NCBI GenBank assembly: GCA_963779365.1
Contig: CAVZYB010000030.1
Location: 90,117 to 154,116, forward strand
Direction: 5' to 3'
Origin: an uncultured Acidobacteriota bacterium
GTDB lineage: Bacteria > Acidobacteriota > Terriglobia > Terriglobales > Acidobacteriaceae
DNA length: 64,000 bases
In this document: positions 17,445-27,337 of the stretch, in pieces
Layout of the letters: each line of letters opens with the position of its first letter
Numbering within the stretch: the first letter of the stretch is position 1
Notes under the pieces: model-generated
Databases searched by the model: none
Told to the model about the DNA's origin: nothing
Seen by the model: only the letters and a program-made list of their open reading frames with translations
Translations under genes and position numbers: made by a program

Positions 17445-19980
17445 TCAATAAGACGACACGAAGCGTGAGGCGACAACAGGGCTCAAATAGTGAGTGGCTA
17501 ATGCGTCAGAGAGATCGTACATATCCCGCTTTAGTCGTTCGAGCAAGCTAACCAGTGCCCCGAGATGGCCTTCGCCGTCCCTGCGTGCCAGATCCGCCAT
17601 TGGCGTGGCACGGATTGACTCAAGGGCTCTCGATACCAATTCCTGCTCGAGATGACAGACGGTGTTGTTGTACTCCGGCAGCTTCGCCAAGTGGTCGAGA
17701 AGAGCGGCGAACTGAAAGCCGATGGAGCGTGGATTAGACTCGTCCACAAGTAAAAGATCCAGCACCAGTTCCGTGCGCAGAGCAGTGAGATAGCGGGTGC
17801 GGTAGGTGATGGAGCTGTCCGCAATGTGAAGCAGTATCTGAAGATATGGTTCGATTTCCTCCGGAGCTTCGGCCACTCCGGCTTGCAACAATTCCGCCAT
17901 ATGCCGCGCGCGCTCCAGGCGTCGCCCGATTTGAAGAAACCTCCATCCGTGTCCCCTGGTGGTGTTCTCCATTACTAGGCCGACAAACGCGGAAAGTGTC
18001 ACGATGGCGCTGTCGAGCAAATTAATCTCGGAAAGGTAACGGTTGAGGATTTGTAGAAATGCCTTGGGATAAATCTCCCTCAATCTGCTGGAGTACTCGC
18101 CATGTATCGGAAGAAAGTCGTTCCTTCAAATGCAGGGCTACCCGGCGCATCTGCTTGAGATTCCATCCCAGGCCGGTGGGCCCGCTTTCGTCCCGAATCA
18201 TATCGGCCAGCAAGTGCTGCACCCGCCACAATTGTTCCCCAAGCGAGGCGTGGGAGATTTCAGGCGGCAGATACCCTAACCCAGTAAGCAGACGCACAAC
18301 CGTCTCGAGAGAAGCCGTGCGTCCGAAGTCCTCTTCGCCGGAAAGCGCTGGCAGCAGTGCTCGCAGAAGCCGCACTCGATCCTCCAGGCGTTCAGCATAT
18401 CGTCCTAGCCAGAAGAGATTGTCCGCAGCCCTGCTGGGCAGATTCGTCCAGCTCGTATGGGCGGTGATCGATCCGAACTCTGGGCGCGAGACGACGTTTG
18501 GTTCTCCCAGGCCACCGGGCACCCAGGTGTCCTTGCTTCCTCCTCCGCGATGAATGGAAACTGCTTGGGAAGTTTCCTTTGTTGAAACGCGAGTCAGTCC
18601 TCCAGGCAGCACCGAATAAGACTGCCCATCCCAGGAGGCAAAGACTCTGAGCAAGACGTGACCCGAAGCGAGCCCGGTGTCGGTGTAAACCGGCGCCGTA
18701 GAAAGAGCAAACTGTTCCTGAGCCACAAACTGCTCAGGTTGCGCCTGGATTCTAGCGATCAGCCTGCCGCGGGTCGCGGCATCCATAGACGCCGGAAATT
18801 CCGGCCGCTGGCCGAAGTGGGGGAATGTGGGCAGAATCACCAAGTCACTGAGGTGCTCGAGCGACGTAGCGCCGAGAGTCCTCCTGCCCGCACCACCAGG
18901 TAGCCACCGGCGACATCAGCAGTTCTTCCCCAAGCAGATGATCGCAGAGCCCCGGGAGAAATGGGAGGAGAGCCGGGGCTTCCAATAATCCGCTTCCCAG
19001 AGCGTTGTCGACAGCCACCGTGCCACTTCGCACGGCCTGCACCAGCCCCGGCACGCCGAGCGCTGAATCGCTGCGCAATTCGAGGGGATCGCAGAAGCTA
19101 TCGTCGAGCCGGCGCACGATCAAATCCACCGGTTCGAGCCCCGTCAGTGTTCTTAGATAAACGCGGTTGTCGCGCACCGACAGGTCGGCGCCTTCCACCA
19201 GAGCAAAGCCCCAATGGCCAGCAAGAAAGGAATGCTCGAAATAAGTTTCACTATGCGGCCCGGAGGTTAATAGCACAATGCGAGGGTTGGGGTGCTGAGT
19301 CGCTGCCAAACTAAGCAGGGCATTCCTTGTCGTATCGAAGAAGCCTGCCAGTTGCCGCACGCTGCATGAACTGAACACATTGGACAGAGTTCGGGCGCTC
19401 ACTAATCTGTTTTCCAGCGCATAGCCAATGCCCGAAGGGGCTTGTGTTCGATCCGATGTCACCCGCCAGCTTCCCTCGGGTGAGCGGGCCAGATCAGCCG
19501 CATACGAGAGCAGGTGCACGCCACCGGAGGGCTTAATTCCGTGGCAGGGCCGCAAGAAATGCGGGTTCGCAAAGACCAGCGCTGGAGGAATCCACCGTTG
19601 ATGAAGGAGTTGCTGCTCTCCATAAAGGTCGACCAGCACGGCATTGAGCAAGGTGGCCCGCTGGATGACCGCCCTTTCGATTTGAATCCATTCGTTTTCG
19701 GGGATCACCATTGGAATGGGATCCAGCGGCCAACGGCGTTCGCTACCGTGCAGATCGTCGCCTACGTTGAAGGAAGTGCCGTTGGCTTGAATGAGTTGCT
19801 GACCGTTTTGCCATGAGCGGCCAAGGGCCTCAGGCCCCATTCGCCCGATGGCGACTGCGATATCTCTCCAGTGACGGCGTGGATAGCCGGAGGGCAGAAG
19901 CGCCTCGTCCCAATGTCCCTCGACGCTGGCGTAGTGCCACTCGTTCGGGTGGGTTGCGGCCGGGTTTAAGAATCTTCCAT
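17445..19980 (-). pseudogene. Fusion of a circularly permuted ATP-grasp (type 2) domain and an alpha-E domain (about 845 aa), at least 3 frame disruptions; start approximate
   Basis: ORF 18845-19840: [48 protein letters not shown] 18022-18843: [16 protein letters not shown], then LPSRAADNLFWLGRYAERLED (alpha-E). ORF 17445-18083: GWRFLQIGRRLERA. The reading frame continues upstream of 19840 (...HPNEWHYASVEGHWDEALLPSGYPRRHW). The nearest ATG is at 19978-19980, in another frame. Confidence 0.8.
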
Positions 19981-20009
19981 TCGTACGGCTGTCCGGCAGT
20001 GGATTCTCC

Positions 20010-23000
20010 CTATCGCATGCCCCCTGGCATTGACGCGCGCCGCAGATCCAGCGTCACGGGAAACTCGGCGTTCTGATCGACCGGCGGTACAATCACGGGA
20101 CCCGGCGTATGCCCAAAGGCAAAAAAACGAGCCATCCGCCGTGCTTCGGCTTCATTCGAGTTTACCGGGATCGTATCATAACTTCGTCCTCCGGGATGCG
20201 CCACATGGTAGGTGCAACCCCCGATGGAACGTCCGGCCGCAAGATCGATCACATCAAACACCAGCGGCACGTGAACCGGGATTGTAGGATGCAGGCAGTG
20301 CGGCGGCTGCCACGCCCGGTAACGGACTCCACATACGAACTCGCCATTTTTACCGGTTGGATGGAGGGGTAGTCGCCGGTTGTTGCACGCAATCGCAAAG
20401 CGCTCGCCGATAAGGCCTCGCACCCGCACCTGCATGCGCTCGAGCGAGGAATCCACGTAACGAGTCGTGCCGCTGGCGCCCGGTTCCTCGCCCAGCACAT
20501 ACCAAGGTTCAATCGCCTGGCGCAGTTCTAGTTCGATGCCCCCGTAGCATACCCGACCAAACAAGGGGAAGCGAAACTCCAGATGAGGGGCAAACCAATC
20601 GGCTTCGAACGGGTACCCGGCCTGCTGCATTTCGCCAATTACCCCCTTGAAATCCTGCTCAACGAAGTAGGGCAGCAAGAAAAGATCGTGCAGACGGGTT
20701 CCCCAGCGAATCGGCGGCTCCTCGTACGAGCTGCGCCAGAAGCGGGCCACCAGTGCGCGTACGAGCAGTTGTTGCGCGAGGCTCATTCGGGCATGGGGAG
20801 GCATCTCGAAGGAACGAAGTTCGAGCAGTCCCAATCTTCCCGTCGCGCTGTCGGGAGAATAGAGCTTATCGATACAGAACTCGGCACGATGGGTATTGCC
20901 GGTGACATCGACCAGCAGGTTGCGGAAGATACGGTCCACGAGCCATAAGGGAAGGTCGCCTGGGTTCGCTCGGCTGAGCTGGTCGAACGCAATCTCCAAC
21001 TCATAGATTGCATCTGCGCGGGTTTCATCTACTCGCGGGGCCTGACTGGTAGGACCGATGAATACTCCCGAGAACAGATAGGAGAGTGAAGGGTGATTGA
21101 GCCAGTATCCGACAAAGCTTTTCAGGAGATCTGGACGGCGGAGAAAGGGACTATCCGCCGGCGTGGAGCCGCCAAGTACCACGTGGTTGCCGCCACCGGT
21201 CCCAGTATGACGGCCGTCCAGCATGAACTTATCGGTGCCGAGACGGCTCAGGCGTGCCTGTTCATAAAGTGTGACAGTGTTTTCGACGAGCTCGCGCCAA
21301 TCGGCTACGGGCTGCACGTTCACCTCGATGACCCCTGGATCAGGCGTGACCTTCAATTGGCGTACCCGCGAGTCGAAAGGCAGCGGATAGCCCTCAATGG
21401 AGATCGGCATTTCAAGCTGTGCCGCGGTGTCCTCTATGGCGGTTATAAGATCCACGAAGTCCTCGGCGGTACTCGTCGGCGGAAGGAACGCGCATAGCCT
21501 TCCCTTCCGCGCCTCCAGAACGAGCGCGGTGCGCACCACAGGGCCCTGCGCTGCGACGGTGGGCGATGAAACGGTTTCCGGGCTTTGTTGCCGAATCCGG
21601 ACGTCGCTCCGCTGGTGCCTGGGATGAAGCCTCGGTGGAACGGGCAAAGGAGAGGTTGGGGCCATTGGATCGAGTATCCATGCCTGCTGCCTCTCTCCGC
21701 TGGGCTCCCAGAAGAGTGACTCCAACGGCAAACGGAATCCCACGGGAGAATCCCCCGGAATCAGGAAAAGGTGCCGGGCGCGGAGCATCCACAAACTTGT
21801 CTGCCACTCTGGGCCGCTTTTGCCCTGCACCCGCTGCAACGGCAGCACGAAGCCAACGGGCTGGCCGAGACCGCGCTCAAATACGCGCCGGAGCCGCTCG
21901 CGTTCTTCCGGATCATCGAGATCGCTGGTCAGCGGATCGATGTTTACCGGAAGCTGGCGCTCCTTGAGCAGATAGGCCATAGGATCTTCGTACGCTGCGA
22001 TTACAGCGTCAGGGTTCACCGTGAGCCTTTGGGCCAACGCTTCTGCGAATTGCCGGGCCGCGTCGCTGCCGCAGCCGTAGTCTCGATCTGGATAGGCCGT
22101 CCACTGCGGATCACGCCAGAGCGGAACTCCATCGCTGCGCCAGTAACAGGTGAAAGCCCAGCGCGGCAGAGATTCGCCCGGGTACCATTTGCCTTGTCCA
22201 AAGTGCAGCAAGCCGCCGGGGGCAAACTTGTCGCGCAACCGGAGCAGCAATTCGCGCGCGCAGCGCTGTTTAGATGGACCAAGGGCTTCGGTATTCCACT
22301 CATCGCCGTCCATGATCGTCCATGGAGACAAAGGTCGGCTCACCACCCATGGTAAGCCGGACATCGCTGGCGACAAGCTCGCCGTCGATCTGGTCGCCAA
22401 GATTGCAGATGCGAAGCCATTCCTGTCTGAGTAAGGCTTGGAAACACGCGGATCTTCGTGGATGCGAGTGATGCGCATCTCATGATGAAACTCGACCTCA
22501 CAGGGACTTATCCCGCCAGCGACCGGCGCAGCAGAAGTGGGCTCAGGTGTTCCCGATAGCGGAATGTGTCCCTCGCCTGCGAACAGTCCCGAGGTCGGAT
22601 CCAGACCAACCCAACCAGCGCCGGGCAGGTAGACTTCAGCCCAGGCATGGAGATCGGTAAAGTCCGTCTCCGGTCCCGGGGGGCCTTCCAGAGGTTTTAC
22701 ATCCGGTTTCAGTTGGATCAGGTATCCGGAAACAAAACGGGCCGCCAAGCCCAGGTGACGCAGCATCTGCACCAGCAACCACGCCGAATCCCGGCAGGAA
22801 CCGCTGCCCAGTTCGAGCGTTTCCTCCGCGCTCTGAACCCCGGGCGCCATCCGAACCAAGTAGCGGATTTCGCGGCTTAACCGGCGCATTGAGGCCGACC
22901 AGAAAGTCGATGATCGGGGTCTTGCGCCGGTCGATGCCGGCGAGGAAACCTTCCAGGTGCGGACCTGCGGGCGGTACCTCCAGGAACTGCGCCAACTCAC

Positions 23001-23337
23001 GACGCTCCCCGGAGGCATAGCGAAGCGGAAAGCTCTCGTATTCCGGTTCGAGGAAGAAATCGAACGGATTGATCACTGCCATTTCCGCGACCAGATCTAC
23101 TTCCAGGGAAAAGTAGCGTGTCTGGTTGGGAAAGACCAGGCGGGCCAGAAAGTTTCCGTGCGGGTCCTGCTGCCAGTTGATGAAGTGATCTTCCGGTTGG
23201 ACGCGCAACGAATAACTCGACACCTGCGTTCGGCTGTGCGGCGCGGGGCGGAGGCGCACCACCTGCGGCGAAAGCGTGACCAGCCGGTCGTATTGGTAAA
23301 TTGTCTTGTGATGAAGCGCGACTCGAATGCCCATCAA
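20010..23337 (-). pseudogene. Large transglutaminase-fold protein (about 1100 aa: N-terminal transglutaminase core plus a long DUF2126-like C-terminal region), at least 3 frame disruptions
   Basis: N-terminus [33 protein letters not shown] (ORF 22636-23337). Core GSGSCRDSAWL ... DLHAWAEVYLPGAGWVGLDPTSG. Long conserved tail: GGGNHVVLGG, THRAEFCIDKLYSP, LLELRSFEMPPH (ORF 20010-23018). The start (TTG 23337 or ATG 23334) overlaps the alpha-E stop. Confidence 0.85.
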
Positions 23338-24344
23338 CTTTCGCCCAACGCCGAAGCGGACATGGCCTGTTGCCGTCGGGCAAAAAAGTCAAGCTGGAGG
23401 TTGTCGCCGATGGCATTCATTTTCGCCTGTAACCCGTCGAGATACTCGTGAAGACCATCGCCGAGAACGCGATCCACTGACGTAAAGTCCAACTCGGCAT
23501 GAAGCAAGCCCATGAGTTGTTCGGAACGATAATGGAAGGACCCCGTAGGTGTGCCGGTGACGGCATGCAGACATTCGTCTGCGTTGTGAATGCAGTGGTG
23601 TATTGCGCGTGGAAAATTGTGGTCCAGTACCAGAAAATCGACGATATCGCGAGGTAATATCCGCCCATGCTTCTTGCGGTACATTTCAAAGCCGCTCACA
23701 GACTTGAGTACCGCGGACCAATGCAGGTCGTCGTAGGGCGTACCTACGAATGTGGTCGACGGCAGTAAAATAAAGTATTTTACATCCAAGATGCGAGAGA
23801 TCTTTTCGGCCCGTTCGATACTGGCGCCAAGACGCATAAAGTGCCACGCTTCGTTGTGACTCATCGTGGTTTCGAAAATGCCGCGGAATAGGTGGCAGCC
23901 AAACTGAAGATGGCGCAAGCGCTCCGAAAATCTTTCGGACTCTGACACCTTCCAGTAACTCGGCTGGAACTGAAGATACGTCCGATTGACCTGCTCCCAC
24001 ATCTCCGACGAAATCGTCTCGCGAACCGAACGGGCATTTTCCCTCGCTGTCTTCAGACAGGAGCAAATCGAATTAGGATTCGATTCATCCACAATCAGAA
24101 ATTCAAGTACATTTTCCCGAGTGGCCTCGCCGTAACTCTGCTGAAACTCCGCTGTGTCTCCGCTGGTATCGATCAGTGGCTGCCACTGGTGCGCCGGCAC
24201 GAGTGGCAGATCCAGTTGGAGGTGAAGATTGACTGCGATGAAACGAGCCACGTTCTCAGCACGCTCAATGTAGCGTGCCATCCAGTACATCGACTCGGCC
24301 ACGCGGCTCAGCAAAGGCTGTGATCGAGAGATCATGCCATGCAC
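23334..24344 (-). CDS. Alpha-E domain protein (DUF403 family)
   Basis: Intact [27 protein letters not shown] near the N-terminus, and [21 protein letters not shown]. The likely start, ATG 24333-24335, forms an ATGA overlap with the ATP-grasp stop; the track start is GTG 24344. Confidence 0.85.
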   Translation of the reverse strand: MHGMISRSQPLLSRVAESMYWMARYIERAENVARFIAVNLHLQLDLPLVPAHQWQPLIDTSGDTAEFQQSYGEATRENVLEFLIVDESNPNSICSCLKTARENARSVRETISSEMWEQVNRTYLQFQPSYWKVSESERFSERLRHLQFGCHLFRGIFETTMSHNEAWHFMRLGASIERAEKISRILDVKYFILLPSTTFVGTPYDDLHWSAVLKSVSGFEMYRKKHGRILPRDIVDFLVLDHNFPRAIHHCIHNADECLHAVTGTPTGSFHYRSEQLMGLLHAELDFTSVDRVLGDGLHEYLDGLQAKMNAIGDNLQLDFFARRQQAMSASALGES

Positions 24345-25786
24345 TCCTGTTGCGATTCCGCCAGTACCCAGGTGTCCTTGCTGCCTCCGCCCTGTGACGA
24401 GTTCACAACCAACGAACCCTTGCGCAACGCCACACGAGTCAGCCCGCCCGGCATGACGTTGATTTCTTCGCCATAGAGAATGTATGGCCTGAAATCGACA
24501 TGCCGTCCCTCAAAGTGGTCACCTATCAAGGTCGGGACCCTGGAGAGGTCCAGTGTAGGTTGAGCAATGTAGTTCCGGGGATTTGCTTCAATTCTGGCGG
24601 CGAACTCTTTACGCTCTTGCGCCGTCGAGTGTGGTCCAATGAGCATACCGTACCCCCCTGATTCATTCGCCGACTTGACCACCAGAGTTTCCAGATTTTG
24701 CAGTACGTGATTGAGGTCCTGTTTCCGCCAGCACTGGAAGGTTGGCACATTGGGCAGAATCGCATCTTCGCCTTCGTAGTACCGGATAATGTCAGGCACG
24801 TAGGAGTAAACCACCTTGTCGTCGGCAACACCATTGCCCGGCGCGTTCGCCAGCGCCACCCGTCCCTTCCGATAGACTTCCATCAGGCCAGGCACGCCGA
24901 GCAGCGAATCCGGACGGAACACCGTTGGGTCCAGGAAGTCATCGTCGAGACGGCGATAGATCACATCCACTTTGCACAAACCCTTGGTCGTGCGCATCCA
25001 AACCATCCCCTCCTGCACGACCAAGTCACTTCCCTGGACCAGTTGGATTCCCATCTGCTGCGCCAGAAAGCTGTGCTCGAAGTAGGCCGAGTTGTACATT
25101 CCCGGAGTTAGCAGCACCACGGTGGGATGATCCGCGCCGGGCGGCGCAATGGCCTGCAAAGTCTCCAGCAGAGTGCTGGGATAATCCTCAACGTGGCGGA
25201 CCTGCAGGCCATTAAAGACACGGGGAAACGTGCGCTTCATTAATGCCCGATTCTCCAGTACATAAGACACTCCGGAGGGCACTCGCAGGTTGTCCTCCAG
25301 GACATACATCTGGCCGTCGCTATGGCGCACTAAATCGGTGCCGGTGATGTGGCACCAGACCCGTCGTGGAGGATTGATGCCGTGGCACTCTGGACGATAG
25401 AAGGCGGCCGAGCGAACAACTTCTTCAGGGATGACACCGTCCTTCAGAATCTTCTGCTCGTGATAAATATCATCGATGAATTCGTTGAGAGCGTGAATAC
25501 GCTGCTTTAGTCCACGCTCGATCCATTCCCATTCTTTGGCACCAATGATGCGCGGAATCAGGTCGAAGGGGAAAATCCGCTCCGTTCCGGCAGACTGACC
25601 GTAAACATTGAAGGTGATGCCAAGCAGCAACAGCAGTCGCTCCGCCGCGCCTTGGCAGCGCAACAATTGACCTTCCTCAAGCGACTCGATTGTGTCCAGT
25701 AACATGCGCGCTTCCGCACGCACTTCGCCATCGGCGGCGAACATCTCGTCGTGAAAGCCCTCAATATGATAGGAATCGAATTGCAC
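24332..25786 (-). CDS. Circularly permuted ATP-grasp (type 2) protein, stand-alone (484 aa)
   Basis: Intact ORF with a GTG start after [76 protein letters not shown]. Confidence 0.85.
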   Translation of the reverse strand: MQFDSYHIEGFHDEMFAADGEVRAEARMLLDTIESLEEGQLLRCQGAAERLLLLLGITFNVYGQSAGTERIFPFDLIPRIIGAKEWEWIERGLKQRIHALNEFIDDIYHEQKILKDGVIPEEVVRSAAFYRPECHGINPPRRVWCHITGTDLVRHSDGQMYVLEDNLRVPSGVSYVLENRALMKRTFPRVFNGLQVRHVEDYPSTLLETLQAIAPPGADHPTVVLLTPGMYNSAYFEHSFLAQQMGIQLVQGSDLVVQEGMVWMRTTKGLCKVDVIYRRLDDDFLDPTVFRPDSLLGVPGLMEVYRKGRVALANAPGNGVADDKVVYSYVPDIIRYYEGEDAILPNVPTFQCWRKQDLNHVLQNLETLVVKSANESGGYGMLIGPHSTAQERKEFAARIEANPRNYIAQPTLDLSRVPTLIGDHFEGRHVDFRPYILYGEEINVMPGGLTRVALRKGSLVVNSSQGGGSKDTWVLAESQQECMA

Positions 25787-25824
25787 TATGCGCCCCTCTC
25801 CGAGCGTAGTTCGACATACATCAT
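25786..25824 (-). CDS. Candidate 12-codon upstream micro-ORF ([12 protein letters not shown]) overlapping the ATP-grasp start. Speculative.
   Basis: Minus strand: GGGAGGtagtgagaagATGATGTATGTCGAACTACGCTCGGAGAGGGGCGCATAGTG. The TAG shares its G with the GTG start of the ATP-grasp gene. Confidence 0.15.
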   Translation of the reverse strand: MMYVELRSERGA

Positions 25825-26036
25825 CTTCTCACTACCTCCCTCGCACTTGCTATTCAAAGAACTTATAGGATGGATAAGCGGAAACTACCGTTTAGTGTTG
25901 CCCAACAAAATCCCGGCCCCACTTCCTCCCGAGTTGCAAACCCGGTGTTCCAGAAGGCCCTACTGAGAATCCACGTCGGGGTGTTCCTCGCTATTCACGG
26001 AGAGCAATCGGGTGAAGGCCTATGCACAGGGCTGTG

Positions 26037-26852
26037 CTATGAAGGCGTCCGACACTCGTCCGTCCAGACCTTGAAACTTTTCAGCGTATTGAATCCAAAT
26101 GTGTTGCTGATAGGCACATCGGCTGCGTCACGTCCTCGAGCCATCAACACCCGACCGACGCGAGGCACATTGTTCCTAGGGTCAAACGTGTACCACCGGC
26201 CGTCAAGAAACGCTTCGAACCACCCGGCAAAATCCCCTACATGCGGAGGAGGCGTCCCGATGTCGCTCAGATAACCGGTGCAATAGCGCGCGGGGATGTT
26301 CATACATCGACAGAAGGTGATCGCCAGATGCGCGTAGTCGCGGCAAACGCCCTGGCCTTCACTGAATGCCCCCCAGGCCGATTTTGTTGGGTTGGCGAAT
26401 CCGTAGCCGAACGCAATATGGTGATGGACGAAATCACAGATAGCCTGAACCCGTCCCCACCCAGTTGGGGATTTGCCGAAAAGATCCCAGGCAACTTGAG
26501 AGAGGCGGTCAGTTTCGCAATACCTGCTGCCCAGGAGAAATACCAGAACGTCTTCCGGCAATTCCTGAACCGGCTGCTGCTGCGCCTCGCAGGCGACGGT
26601 ATCCGGGGTGCCCGTATCCGTGATGGTGCCATCCGCCGAAATACGAATTTCGCCGATCGGGGCGACGATCCGGCTGCACCGGTTGCCGAAAGCATCGTCG
26701 TAGACGGCAATCGGCACCGAAGGGGAGGTCGTCAAGGTGTCCGGCGTAATAATGTCAGAGACACGGGTTCGATGGATATTCACCATCAAAATCATGGGTG
26801 TCGGCTGGGAACATTCATAGACGATTTCATAGCCAACGCGGAGAGTGCTCAT
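26037..26852 (-). CDS. Transglutaminase-fold protein (271 aa) with a non-canonical residue at the expected catalytic His position
   Basis: Intact ORF. GQGVCRDYAHL (Cys), DFAGWFEAFLDGRWYTFDPRNN (Asp present, where the paralogues have HAW), RVLMARGRDAADV. Confidence 0.8.
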   Translation of the reverse strand: MSTLRVGYEIVYECSQPTPMILMVNIHRTRVSDIITPDTLTTSPSVPIAVYDDAFGNRCSRIVAPIGEIRISADGTITDTGTPDTVACEAQQQPVQELPEDVLVFLLGSRYCETDRLSQVAWDLFGKSPTGWGRVQAICDFVHHHIAFGYGFANPTKSAWGAFSEGQGVCRDYAHLAITFCRCMNIPARYCTGYLSDIGTPPPHVGDFAGWFEAFLDGRWYTFDPRNNVPRVGRVLMARGRDAADVPISNTFGFNTLKSFKVWTDECRTPS

Positions 26853-27337
26853 GATATGGATACTTTGACCTCAATAGGTTTGATGCTCCAAACAGGCGCG
26901 GCAACGCCGCCCGTTGGTGACATCACACTGCATTGTGACACCTAAACACTGTCCCGCGCCACATTTCTGGCCCAGGATAATCTATGGGGTTCGGCGATTG
27001 AGACGTGCTCGGTTTCCTCATGGCCGCCTCTAGACCGATGGGAAACTTCATTTCCGATATGATGTTGGCCGTCTATTGCAATGCATCTCAGTTTACCCAC
27101 CTGCAGTTTTTGCCTGCGCAGCCGATAGTCCCTCCAGTGGGCGGAATGCCACGGGATAATGGCGAGCAAAGCGGGTGGTGCAGGTCGGCGGTTATCGCAT
27201 GGCGTGGGTATGATACGCGGAGAAGGATGAAACCGACACCGTGCGTTTGATGGCAAAGGCGGGTTTCGACCAAAGCGCAAGCCGCCTGCGACGACCGCGG
27301 ATGCGGCCTGCCCGTCGGATAAATAGCCAACGCGGAA

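Noticed and set aside
26853-27337. TPP-riboswitch-like fragments (CTGAGA and a CCTGGGCCAGAAATG… stretch) on the minus strand.
   Set aside because: The spacing (more than 110 nt) and the remaining conserved positions do not match the TPP aptamer as I know it, and the downstream gene has no link to thiamine.
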